Shown here one piece after another: positions 9,738 through 20,860 of a DNA stretch of 64,000 nucleotides. The stretch's first letter is position 1. Each line of letters starts with the position of its first letter. Below the pieces are notes generated by a model that had not been told where the DNA came from, did no database searches, and saw only the letters and a program-made list of their open reading frames with translations. The stretch is from an uncultured virus (IMG/VR IMGVR_UViG_3300019135_000021) (taxonomy: Duplodnaviria > Heunggongvirae > Uroviricota > Caudoviricetes). The DNA is taken from IMG/VR virus record IMGVR_UViG_3300019135_000021; one strand, written 5' to 3'. Made by a program: the position numbers and the translations under genes.

Positions 9738-12377
9738 TTAATTTTGTTTAAATGCTTCCCAAATATATTTAACATTTAGTTTGTTTCCGCGAGTGTTACT
9801 GTCTGAGCCAGTAATAAAATAATTCAAATTCAATGACCCGTATGTTTTATCGCCGCCTTTTAGATAGGAGCCTATTTCTCCGTTTTCTATGGAATAACCA
9901 CCTAAGCTGTTTTGAATGATGAGTGTTGAATCGGTTGGAGATGTAGAATAAATCTTTACCGTATTGGGGATAAAGTTTAATCCGATTGATCTGCTTTGCT
10001 TTCCGTCACCAATGTACTCTCCTGTTGCGTATTGAGGAGAAGAGGGGAGTTCAGACTTAAGAACATATGCAGAAGCATCATAGCCGCCAAGTTGAGTTGC
10101 GCTTCCTGTAATTGAAGCATCAATTGTTCCTGTTTCATCCCGAACAGCTATCGTGTTAGGAGAGGATGCTATCTCAGCACTATATCCATTTAACGAATCT
10201 GCCGAAGATACTGTTTGCTCAATCCACTTTTCACCATCGTAAAGTTCTTGTTTATTAGTTTTAGGATTGATCCAAACAGTGTTGACATCTGGATTTTCTG
10301 GTCTTTCTTCAGAAACAGCTTGAATTAGTCCATTTACTCGCCCTTTGACTTCTGCAATAGCAGAAGGGAGGTAGGGGTTTTCTGTAATGTGTTTTGACTG
10401 AACAATGTCAGAGAGAATGATTCCAGTTCTCTCAATGTCTGCATCAACTCTGCGGTAGGCTCTAACACCTACAGTGTAGTATTTATTCGAGGCAAGTCCC
10501 GTGAATTTGTAGGAACGCTTGTCATACTTCACATTAACCATTTCTTCATGGCTCATCTTAGAACCAAAAACATATTCATCAGATGATTCACTGGAGTAGA
10601 GATAAACTTCAAATCCGTCTATATTGTATTTATCCTCATCAGAATATGGGTATTCCCATTTTAAAACAATATCTACTGAACCATTGTCATTCAGTTCATG
10701 AGTAATTGCCGTTCCATCTGATGCGACGGTAGGAGCTGCAACTGGGGCGGAAATTCGATCATTCCGGATTTTAAAATTCTCAGCGGTATTCATCCAGTCA
10801 ATTTTTCTAATTGCATAGTCGTTGTTTATATGACTGACTGTATAAACGAGTTTGACCATCTTTTCTTTAACAGTTTCAACTCGTTTTGAATTTGACACAG
10901 TCAAATTAATCTTATTAGCCTCAAAGTCAAAGGTCATTTCAATTACTTTTGTTTTAACATCAATACCAAGGCGATCATGCTGTACTCGAACAATATCTCC
11001 GATAGATAGCCTGTCCCAATTTTGATGTTCACTTAAGATTCCAAAGAAATTAACTATGCTCATTGTAATATTGATTGGAGGGGTGTTGCGCTTTTTCATT
11101 TCCTCAAGTCCGGCTTCATAAAGATCAGTTTCATCATAAAGATTGTCATTAGCCCATTCCTGCTCATTTATAAATTCCGCCAACTCTTCCTTGAGTTCAT
11201 CATTAAGGTGGCTTTCGAGCGTCAATTTCCCCTTTAAAAGGGTTATTTTATCTTGAATGTCCTTAATCAGTTTTTCTTTTTCTTCAATTTCCTTCTTTTT
11301 CGATTCAATTTCAATTTCTTTAGCTTTTCGCTCTTTTATAAGCTCGGCAGTTGGATCTTTCGCTTCTGTTGCTACTGCAATTTTATCTAAAATGATTTTG
11401 TATTCTAAATCAAGCTTTGCCTTTTCTGCGTTAAGTGTTGAAAGTTTCTTTTCTTCCTCGGTTTGTCGAGAGAGAAGGGAAGAGAATGTTTCAGTTTGAG
11501 AATCGATGAACTCATTAAAATCGAGAATAGCATGACATAATTCATCGCTCATTTCGTAACTGTGAGTTATCACCTTGCGATCTTTATCTCGCTCAAATGG
11601 ATAAAGAAAATATGTGAAATCTTCTATATAAGCTTGCCCAGTTGGATTAGCAGCGTTTATTGAGAGATCGTCTTTCCCAGTTACATAAAGCCTGGTACAG
11701 ACTTCTTCAAGTTCCTCAGTGTCTTCTATCGAATCCAAATACTGACCGTATTTTAATCTCATCCCTTTGTAATTTGATACTTCATCTTCAGTATAGAAAT
11801 GCACCTTTTTTTCTATGGTGTCAAATACAGGGACAGCTTCGAATGTCTCGCATATTTTAAAGAGGAAATCTAACTTTGTAGAAGAGGTAATATCAAAACT
11901 GCGGAATTTTTCATTGAATAGAGGATTTATGTATCCGGCTTTCCAGTTTGTGTTTGCAAAACAGTCATTTGTAACCTTTTGCATATTGTAGGAAGTGACT
12001 TCATATCTTCTAACTTTTCGATAGCTCAATTGATGTCCAAGTGACATGCACGTAAACGTCACTAAATCATTGTCTGCACCAGTTTTTTGCTTTGTTTTAA
12101 TAATGAACCATTCATCTTTGAAATTGTAGGCAGAAAGCTTAACGAGCCTTCGTAATTTCAGGCGCTTGAGATGCGGATTCTTAACCCATTGTTTGTCTAT
12201 TTCAATTTTTAAAGGTACTGCGAAAGACAACTCATTGATTTCGCCTAGTCTTAATGTCAAATTAACATTTGAGATATCGACAAGATTTGCGATTTTCTTT
12301 TTGTTAGCTTTAGCAAGAGAGAGTTTCGGCTTTCTTAAATTAAATGATCGCGTTACTTGTTGAAACAGTAAAGGCAC
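9738..12377 (-). CDS. yomG: Tail hub/spike protein with FN3-like region
   Basis: 879 aa; VCTRLYVTGKDDLSI tail motif, coiled coil, YTVGVRAY FN3-like strand; synteny. Confidence 0.75.
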   Translation of the reverse strand: MPLLFQQVTRSFNLRKPKLSLAKANKKKIANLVDISNVNLTLRLGEINELSFAVPLKIEIDKQWVKNPHLKRLKLRRLVKLSAYNFKDEWFIIKTKQKTGADNDLVTFTCMSLGHQLSYRKVRRYEVTSYNMQKVTNDCFANTNWKAGYINPLFNEKFRSFDITSSTKLDFLFKICETFEAVPVFDTIEKKVHFYTEDEVSNYKGMRLKYGQYLDSIEDTEELEEVCTRLYVTGKDDLSINAANPTGQAYIEDFTYFLYPFERDKDRKVITHSYEMSDELCHAILDFNEFIDSQTETFSSLLSRQTEEEKKLSTLNAEKAKLDLEYKIILDKIAVATEAKDPTAELIKERKAKEIEIESKKKEIEEKEKLIKDIQDKITLLKGKLTLESHLNDELKEELAEFINEQEWANDNLYDETDLYEAGLEEMKKRNTPPINITMSIVNFFGILSEHQNWDRLSIGDIVRVQHDRLGIDVKTKVIEMTFDFEANKINLTVSNSKRVETVKEKMVKLVYTVSHINNDYAIRKIDWMNTAENFKIRNDRISAPVAAPTVASDGTAITHELNDNGSVDIVLKWEYPYSDEDKYNIDGFEVYLYSSESSDEYVFGSKMSHEEMVNVKYDKRSYKFTGLASNKYYTVGVRAYRRVDADIERTGIILSDIVQSKHITENPYLPSAIAEVKGRVNGLIQAVSEERPENPDVNTVWINPKTNKQELYDGEKWIEQTVSSADSLNGYSAEIASSPNTIAVRDETGTIDASITGSATQLGGYDASAYVLKSELPSSPQYATGEYIGDGKQSRSIGLNFIPNTVKIYSTSPTDSTLIIQNSLGGYSIENGEIGSYLKGGDKTYGSLNLNYFITGSDSNTRGNKLNVKYIWEAFKQN

Positions 12378-12380
12378 CTC

Positions 12381-13169
12381 CTAACGATATTTAAATCTAT
12401 AACTGAAAAGAATTCTACATCTTCCTGTTACTCTAATACGGTTTATCCCATAACCAAGTAGAAGGTACTCATCATTAAAGTTATCGTAACGTTCATCGCC
12501 GTATATTGATGATTCGACAATTTCTTTTTCTCCAGTAACTGTTATCATTTCACCATCTTCAAGATCGGTGAATACAGAAGGGGAGGAGAAGTAGCTTAAA
12601 TTTTCAATTTTAACATCTCCCTTACCGATCTTTTGAATTTTAAACGATGGAATAATGGTGCATTCACCTTTATTGTTAATCTCAACTGTAATGTCTTCCT
12701 TAGAAGCATCGTACCACGGAGTGGTTATAGTCCTACTGTAGGCATAAGGGGAATCACACCTCATAGTTAACCTTATATAGCCTTCCTTGCTCGCATTGTG
12801 AACTAAATCATTTGCATCTACAGGCATTGCGTAATAAACAATATCAAGGTTGTCACTGAAAGAAAAAGGCTGGTATGTATCAACATCCAGCCATCGTTTA
12901 ATGTTAGCGATTCTTTTTTGATTCCAGTGATCCTTTATATAAAAATTAAGATTGAATTGCTTTGGATCACGTTTTTTCCCTTCATAGAAGGGTGTATCAT
13001 TCCCCTTGATGGAGGTTTCGTTAATTGATGAAGTAGCTAGAAATGTTTCCTCGACTAACCCTCCATCAGTATTGACGTTTTCAACACCCATATCTGTGGA
13101 TTTTTCGTTCCCGAAAATGAAGTACAGGCTTTCTCTTATCATTGATGATGTATCACCATCCTTTCTCAA
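12381..13169 (-). CDS. yomH: Distal tail protein (likely start about 13142)
   Basis: Directly after TMP; LTMRCDSPYAYS and LGYGINRIRV Dit-type motifs. Confidence 0.75.
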   Translation of the reverse strand: MRKDGDTSSMIRESLYFIFGNEKSTDMGVENVNTDGGLVEETFLATSSINETSIKGNDTPFYEGKKRDPKQFNLNFYIKDHWNQKRIANIKRWLDVDTYQPFSFSDNLDIVYYAMPVDANDLVHNASKEGYIRLTMRCDSPYAYSRTITTPWYDASKEDITVEINNKGECTIIPSFKIQKIGKGDVKIENLSYFSSPSVFTDLEDGEMITVTGEKEIVESSIYGDERYDNFNDEYLLLGYGINRIRVTGRCRILFSYRFKYR

Positions 13170-13198
13170 AAAGAAAGAGCCGACAATTTGCCGACTCT

Positions 13199-16100
13199 TT
13201 AGATCTTAACTCCTCTAGCCGATACAATGTTAAATGCTTCACCTAGAAATTTATTTGCATCATCTTTAGAGCCAGTCATCTTATCTACATTAAAGTTAAA
13301 ATTAAATGTTTGGTTACTTGTCGTTTGATTAGATGCAGAATTAGGGGAAGGGAGTGTAGCTTTTGTTTGAATATCTCCAAAAATGTTCCTGGTTAATTCA
13401 ACAATTTTCAAAACATTGCTTGTATCAGCTTTATTTAAAACAAGTTCTTGTTCATGGAGCATTGCAAGCCTTCCTGAACTACCCCATGTTCCTGTATAGC
13501 CACCTACATCAAAAGAGGCAACTTTCTTACCTGTGGTGTTTCCCGCGACCACAACATTTAAAGCTTTGGAGGCTTCTTTAAGCTTATCAATTAGATTGTT
13601 GGAGATACTCTTACCAATAGACTCCATATTGCTGTTAATGAACTTTGAAAACTCATTAAGCTGCTTGGCAATATCGGTAATCTTTCCATTCATCAACTTA
13701 TCCTCAAGCTGTTTGAATGCTCTTTCGTCGTTGACAAGATCATCATACTTGGTGTTTATTGATTTCTCATCTTTTTCAAGTTGATCCTGTAATGCTTCTT
13801 TACGTTTGGAATTTTCACGATCCTTTAAAAATTCATCAAGATCCTGTTGCTGTTCTTGGAGCTGCTTATCTAAATCTTTTAGTTTTGCTTTTGCCTCATC
13901 TGAATCATCGAGAGACAGTTTGTTAATCTTGTCTTTTGTTTCTTGAATGGCATCCTGTTTTTCTTTAAGGGATTTCTGGAACTTGGCTTCGTCATCTTCT
14001 TTGTCAATTTCGTCGATTATATCTTGAGTTGCTTTTCTGTGTGCTTCCAGCTCAATATCCCGCATTTTTTCGTACATTTCTTTATAAATTGAAACGACTT
14101 CATCTGCGAGTGATTTATAAATATCCTTAATAGCCTTTTTGGTGTTATAAAGCTCTAGATTGTAATCCTTCTGCTTATCCTTCCAGTTTTCGATTTCCTC
14201 TGTAATTTGTTTCTGGATGTCAGGGAAGCCTTTGGCTGCCTTTTTCTGTGCTTCAAGTTGCTTAATGTACTTTTTGGCTTCAGTTTGCTGTTGTTGAATC
14301 AATTTTACTTGCTGACTGTAGTATTTGACTTTTTTATTGTCATCTTCAGTCATCTGAATTTTGATATCAACATCTTTAAGTTTAGCCTCAGTTTTCTTAA
14401 CAGATTTCTCAATATTATTGAGGGTCTGGTCAACCTGTGACTGAATTAGTTCCCCTTGCAGCTCTCTGACTTGATCTTGAAGGGAGATGAGGTCTAATTT
14501 AGCCTGTTTCAGCTCTTCTCTTAGTTGATCGCGCTGAGCATAGTTAAGTTTTTTATTTGTTTTTAACTCTTTGTTGATCCAGTTAATTTTTTGCTGTTGA
14601 ATTTTGCGTTGCTCATCAACAGCTTTCTTCTGCTCATTTGTATATTTGCGAAATTCTTTGCTGTCAGAAAGGTAGCGTTTGGCCAAAGACTCATTTTGAG
14701 CAATTTTGACTTCTAGATCAGATTTCCGTTTATCAAATTCATCAAGCTTGGATTGAACCAATTCGTATTGCAGATCTTGAATTTGATCATTAACTGCATC
14801 TAAATCACCTTGCAAACCGATTAAATCCGATTTTGCCTGTGAAAGGGCTTGTTGTCTTTCAGCTTCAGACTGAGAAAGATCTGAGGTTAAACCCTGCATA
14901 TACTTTTCAGGGTCAATTGGTTTGCCATTTTGCTCAATTTGTAGGTGGAGGTGGTTTCCTGTTGAGTGTCCAGTGCTTCCTACTTTACCTATTGTTTGGC
15001 CAGCAGATACAACATCACCTTTCTTAACTTTGAGACCTTTCTGCATGTGCATATATTTTGCAACTGTTCCATCATCCTGTTGAATGACAACCCAGTTACC
15101 TGCTGTTTTTGAATAGGTGGCAGTAACGACTTTACCAGATTTTAGTGCTTTTACAGGTGTTCCGGCTTTAGCTGCGAAGTCGGTTCCTTTGTGAGGGGAG
15201 GAGCGGAGACCACTTTCTTTTGCACCAAATTTAGAGCTTACCCTAAATCCGTTGCTGCTCGTGTAATAATTTGCAATCTTGGATGTCGCTGTAGATAAGC
15301 TTTTATTGTAGTTGGAGAGTACTTTCTTAACGTAATTTTGTGTTTCTTTAAAAGGGGGAGTGCCACCATATTTTATTACGTTACCTGGCCCCGCATTGTA
15401 AGCAGCTAAAGCTTTCTCGATGTTACCGCCAAACTTGTTTAACATTTGAGCAATATATTTGGTACCGCCCATAATGTTTTGGTAGGGATCATATGCATTT
15501 TTTACACCTAGACTTTTTGCAGTACCAGGCATGAGTTGCATCAAACCCATTGCTCCAGCGCCAGAACGAGCTTTGGCATTGAAGTTTGATTCTTGTTTAA
15601 TAATTGCCGCGATTAGAGCAGGGTCAACACCATATTTGCTTGCTGCAGCATTAATATAAGAAGAGTATTTGCCAGAATATGATCCTCCGGAAGAATATGA
15701 GCCTGATGAAGAACCAGAAGAGGAGGTAACAAGTCCAGTTTGAGGAATATAACCAGATTTAATTTGCTGTTTCAGCAGTTTAATCTGATCCTGCATTAGC
15801 TTTTTCTTACGCTCTAATGCCTTGATTTCCTTATTGATTGCATCTCTGTATTTTTGTGACCATTTAGGATAATCATTGGTTTGCTTGTTGTATTTCTCAA
15901 TTTCTGCATTTACTTTTTCAAGGGCTTCTTTATATTTATCAACGACGTATTTGGATTTCTCAGTTTCTTTGCTGGCTTTCTCTTGTTCGTCAGAATATTT
16001 CTCAAGGGACGTACCAACTTCGTTTAAAGATGAGTTGGCCAGTTCAGCCATTTTATCCAGATCTTCTAACTGTCCAGTGACGTCGCTCAACTCGTTTATT

Positions 16101-19100
16101 TCTTTAATGATTGGCATTGCCATCTGGATATTGCCACTTTCCATTAAAGTGTCTACTTGTTTTCTCATTTTGGAAAGATTGGCTTGCGCATCGGCAACAG
16201 TCTGGATTGATTTGACCTCTAAACCATAGTTCTTTATTTTCTTTACTGTTGCGTTTGCCTGGTTGATTAGATCCTGTTTAACTGACTTTTGCATGTCGTT
16301 GTATGCTTTAAGTTTTGCATCACGTAGTTTTATGATTGCGTCTCGGTTTAGTTTAACTACGCCGTTTTCAACAGTAATTGCTCCAGCCAAGTCTTTTTCT
16401 TTTTGAACCAGTTTCATTGCTTCAGCAGCTGAGATGCTTTTTCCTTCAGCCATTTTCTCAAGCAGTTCATTGAGAGGGGAGATGGAGTCAGCAAAAGAAT
16501 CATATGCTTCATTTTGAAGGGCAGAAATAGCTAGTTCTGTTTGCTGAGAAGCCACCAAATCGTCCATTACAGCTTTTATTGCCTCTAGATCGCCTTTAGC
16601 ATCCTTGAGCTTTTGACTTAAATCTTCGACTTCTCCTGTTAATTCGTTTACCCCTTCACCATTTTCATCCCAAGTGACCTTTGCAGAATCAGCAGCATTT
16701 TTTGTAGAGTCTACAGCATTCTTTAGGTCATCATAAGATAAGGAAAGTTTGTCAGCTTCATCAGCACCTTTGATTTGTTGGTTAATTAAATTCTGAAGTG
16801 CTTGAGATGCTCTTGAGAAATCAACTTTATTCCCTGATTCTAATGCTTTCTGAATGTCATCCATGTATTTTGAAACATTAATGGAAAACGACTCTAATTC
16901 ATCAGAAGTCATCTTACTAAAGTCAATTTTATTGAAGGCTTCGTTGATATCTTTGGTTAACTGAGGGTTGATTTTAATGGAGTTATAAGCGTCAACAGTT
17001 TGCAGCACTTGCTCTCTAAGTTTAGCTTGTGAGCTAGATAGCTTCTGGTTGACTTGAAGAGCTTGTTGTTCAGCTTTAATCCCAAAATTTTTATAATCAC
17101 TGTCGCTGTCGAAGATATCCCAGAATGGCCGATCGTTGTTCTTATAATGGTCTGCAACTTTTTGATACTCTTTCATCTCATCGGTCAGCTTGCTGATATC
17201 ACTCAGGGTTTCTTTAAAGTTGCTATTTGCGCCAGTTTGGATATCTTTTTTGTTTAATTCGGCTAATTCTTTGGTGTATTTTATAGCATCTTCTAATGCT
17301 TCGTTATTTTTAATGATGGCATTACCTTGGGAGTCGTAGCCAGAAATCAAATTTGGAAACGTCTGAGCTAATTGTTGTGTGACCTGTAGATATTCTTGCT
17401 CCTTGTCAGGGGAGAGGGAACCGTTATCTTTTGCTTTTTGCAACTCTTTATATTTTTGTATTAACTGATCGGTCTGTTCTTTATTTGTGGTTATTGCTTC
17501 AACGCTTTTCTTTTGTGACTCTGCAAGCTTTTCTTGTTCTTGTTTAGCATCAGAAAAAGCAGAGACAAGTTTTTCGATTACAAAGCCTAAAGCCATGAAC
17601 CCTGCCATAGGCAGTACAGCACCTGCAAGAAAAGCCATTGTTGTTCGAGCGGTGGTTTTTAATGTAGCTAATGTAATATTTAAAAAGCGTGCTCTTATTG
17701 CTGCTCCAGTCATGGAAGAGGAGAAGGCAGTTAATGAAGTAGGGAAGTTGTTAAGTAGCCTCAAGAATAAGTTACCATTAGCTATGGCTCCGGTTCTAAG
17801 TGAAGCGTTAAAGAGTAATACTGCAGTAGTTGCAATGCCAAAAACTTGAGGAAGGAGTCCGATTGTTTTTGTTATACCTGTTCCGATTTGAACAAGGTCT
17901 TTTAGAGTTTCTGTAAGTGCAACTATGCCATCTGAAACTACTGCATCCCCAGAGGCTAAACTCAATTCTGTCCACGCGTTTGATAATCGATTTATTCTTG
18001 CCTGGAGACTTTCTGAATATTTTTCCTGTTCTTTCCATGCGCTTCCGGTTGATTCCGCAGCCGTAGTTGCCGAATCCTGGGCAATCGAGAAGTTGTTCAT
18101 TAACGCGTTAACCTTTGTACCGTTCCTTTCGGAATATTTAAACGGAGTAGACCATATCTTTGCCTCTTTTTTAACTAAAGGGCAGCCAGCGCTTCGTAAG
18201 CAGGAATTTCACCTGCAAACTACTCCCAAAAGGGATGGTCGTTGCACCTTCATTTGCATGTGCTTCGCAGCATGATGCAAATACTTGGCACAGGGTCATC
18301 ATATCAACTCTGACTTAGATTTTCCCTGTTAGCAATATGATTAATAAGTCATTTCCTACTTAAATCTAAGCGATCACATTACACCCTAAATTAGGTTCAC
18401 TGACTTTTCACTAGCTAATTACTTAACTAGGCGACTATTGATTAATCGAGAAAGCTGATAAATACCTGCTACACCAATACTTGTGTTTTGTTTTTGAGCA
18501 TCACTTAATGAATTCCATTTATCGGCAACCTCTTCGATTAGTTCACTTGAACTTTTGGCTTCTCCTCCAGCTTTTTTGACGGAGATCCCAATTTGATCTA
18601 AAGCTTTTATAGAACTTTCATTGTTTCCGATCCTTGCGAAGATTGTTTTTAATGCATTTCCCACTATATTGCCGGATTCACGAGTGGTACTGGCCACTGC
18701 AGTGGTATATCCGATTAAATCGTTTAAATCCACTGAGAAGGTTGAAGCGGTCGCGCCAGCCTTCCTTATGGAGTTAGCCAGGTCTTGTGTTGTAACGGCA
18801 TAGTTGTTGTCGACTTCATTCAATTTCGAATATTACCCTCGGTTTCCCGATACTTAAGTAGGGGACTAGACTATATCTTCATCCCATTGGGATGCCCAGC
18901 ACTTCGAACAGTAGCTCAAAATCTGTTCTACACCTTAAAGGCTAGTCGTTACACCTTCCTAAAATAGGCTTGGCACGGTATTGTCATAGGATTTCTCCCT
19001 TAGAGTTCCACCGTTAGCATCCTGTGAAAAGGACACACCCCTGAGCAATAGGGTTCACTGGGTTTTTCACTTATACATTACTATATAAGGCGACTATAAT

Positions 19101-20494
19101 TAATCGGCAATTGATATTGAGTCTTCAGCGGCAACATTAAAGTTTAACATTGCACTTGTCAAAGTATTGACCGTTTCATCAACGGACAGATTCGATACGT
19201 TTTGAAGAACTTCTGCAGTTTTAGTAATGCTTCCTAGTTCAGTTTCATCAAATCCCATTCTTCCGAATGAACTTGTCATTTGAAGAATATCTGAAATTTT
19301 ATTGGAAAGTTGATCTCCCATTTCAACTGCTTCCTGCAACATATCATTGAACTTATAATCAGGTTCATCCATAACCCTTCGAATTTCAGTCATAAGTGTG
19401 TCAATTTGAATAACTTGATCGACCATCGACTGCAACCCGCGAATTGGCCCCATGAACATTGTCATACCAGCAAACCACACCGGTATGCGGGCGGCAGCGA
19501 CTCCTAATTGCTCAACAAAACCCATTGTCTGCCTTGTAGTAGCAGCAATGTTAGAGGACATTTCCCTAAACTGCATATTAAGACTAGCCATCTGATTTCT
19601 TAGATTAGGTGTCCTTGCAGTTAATTGATTAACTGAATTCAAATACTGTTGAAGCTGTTGATTACTTGCATTGCTCAATGAGCTGCCGTATCTGTTTTGC
19701 AGGTTCTGAGTATTTACCTGTGCTTGTCTTCTATATAGTTCTAACTGCCTTTCAAGCTCTTTAGTCTTTGCAACTGCTGCTGACTTGTCATCAAGAGTCT
19801 TAAGCTTGACTCTGAGTGCTTCAATTTGTTCTGTAGACTGAGCTAAATTAATTTTTCTTCCAAGAGAGGAGAGGGTGACTTCAGACAGTTGCCCTTGCTC
19901 TTTTAGTCTTTGTAAGCTTACTCTAAGCTGTTCGATTGCTTTTCTTTGTTGATCAAGATTTGTTACAGTGGTTGAGTTTTTAATATTCCCATTTTGGTCG
20001 AGATTGTACGTAATATCCTTAAAACCATCACGATTTTTTTGAGTAGTGCCTGTCTTGATACCTTGAGCATTTTGACGTTCAATTATCTTTTGAGCTTGGC
20101 CAAGCTTTTGAATTTCAGAGGTTAATTTTGCTGTTTCTTGAGTTTCTTGACGAATCTTTTGATTTCGATTATCAATCGTCTTAATTTCTCGCTGAAGTAT
20201 TTCACCATTCTTTTTGTGCTGCTGAATGGTTTTTTCAGTTGTCCCATCAGCATTCTTAATGACGGTTTGTGTTTCTTTAACTGTCTGGTTGTAATTCTTG
20301 AGATTTTTTTGATATGTTTCAACTGCAGAAGAGAATTCTTTGAGGGTTTTTAAAGCAGAAGCATCAATATTCGTTTTGAGTTGAAGGGAGTTTAACTTAG
20401 ATTGTAGTGTTTTAAGCTGCTTGTTAATTTGCTCGACTGATTGAGCGGAGGTGTCGGCAACTGGAGTAACTACAATTCTCAACTGTTGACTCAA
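13199..20494 (-). CDS. cwlP: Tape measure protein with SLT and M23 domains, spliced from three exons 20494-19103, 18826-18445, 18111-13199 (2228 aa)
   Basis: Three ORF-track pieces are collinear with SPbeta YomI/CwlP; removing two introns restores SISIAD-KLNEVD and [15 protein letters not shown] motif [17 protein letters not shown] and M23 HKGTD..HLH. Confidence 0.9.
18112..18444 (-). ncRNA. ORF-less group I intron 2 (333 nt) in tape measure gene
   Basis: 5' exon ends CGAU, P1 with intronic GUCG gives U.G at the splice site; P7 GACCA/UGGUC in GCAACGACCA...AAGAUAUGGUC; CCUGUGCCAAG; ends in G; excision restores frame. Confidence 0.9.
18827..19102 (-). ncRNA. ORF-less group I intron 1 (276 nt) in tape measure gene
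   Basis: 5' exon ends CGAU, P1 CGAU/GUCG; P7 GACUA/UAGUC in GUAACGACUA...AAGAUAUAGUCU; AUACCGUGCCAAG; ends in G before AAA TTG AAT. Confidence 0.9.
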
Positions 20495-20575
20495 TAATAA
20501 TCACATCCTTTCAAAGCCAAGAGTGGGGGAGAGGTGGACAAAAAAACTCTGCATTAGCAGAGTCAAGAAAATCAT

Positions 20576-20860
20576 TTATTTTATGTATAGCAGTTCATCT
20601 TCTTCATCGATTTCTTCGGTGTCCTCAATTTCAAGCCCCATATTAAAGGCTTGAAGGGTTATCTTATCACCGTCAAAATTTATTAATGTTATTTCTTTAA
20701 GTTCTTCAAACTCTCCAAAATCCAATAAATCATATTCGGTAAATCGTTCAGCTTCATCTTCTGAGTTGCCGTGAGTTGTTTGACAAGCGGCTATGGTCAA
20801 TGTCAAGTGATTAAGGTATTTTTTCATTTTGTTCATCTCCATTCCCAAAGTTAATTCCAT
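20576..20860 (-). CDS. Small acidic protein, YopT-like (likely start MKKYLN)
   Basis: YLNHLTLTI...KEITLINFDG...EIEDTEE resembles SPbeta YopT as recalled. Confidence 0.5.
   Translation of the reverse strand: MELTLGMEMNKMKKYLNHLTLTIAACQTTHGNSEDEAERFTEYDLLDFGEFEELKEITLINFDGDKITLQAFNMGLEIEDTEEIDEEDELLYIK

Noticed and set aside
13199..20494. Tape measure gene as a degraded pseudogene or three separate genes
   Set aside because: Both gaps have complete group I intron hallmarks and precise excision restores one frame
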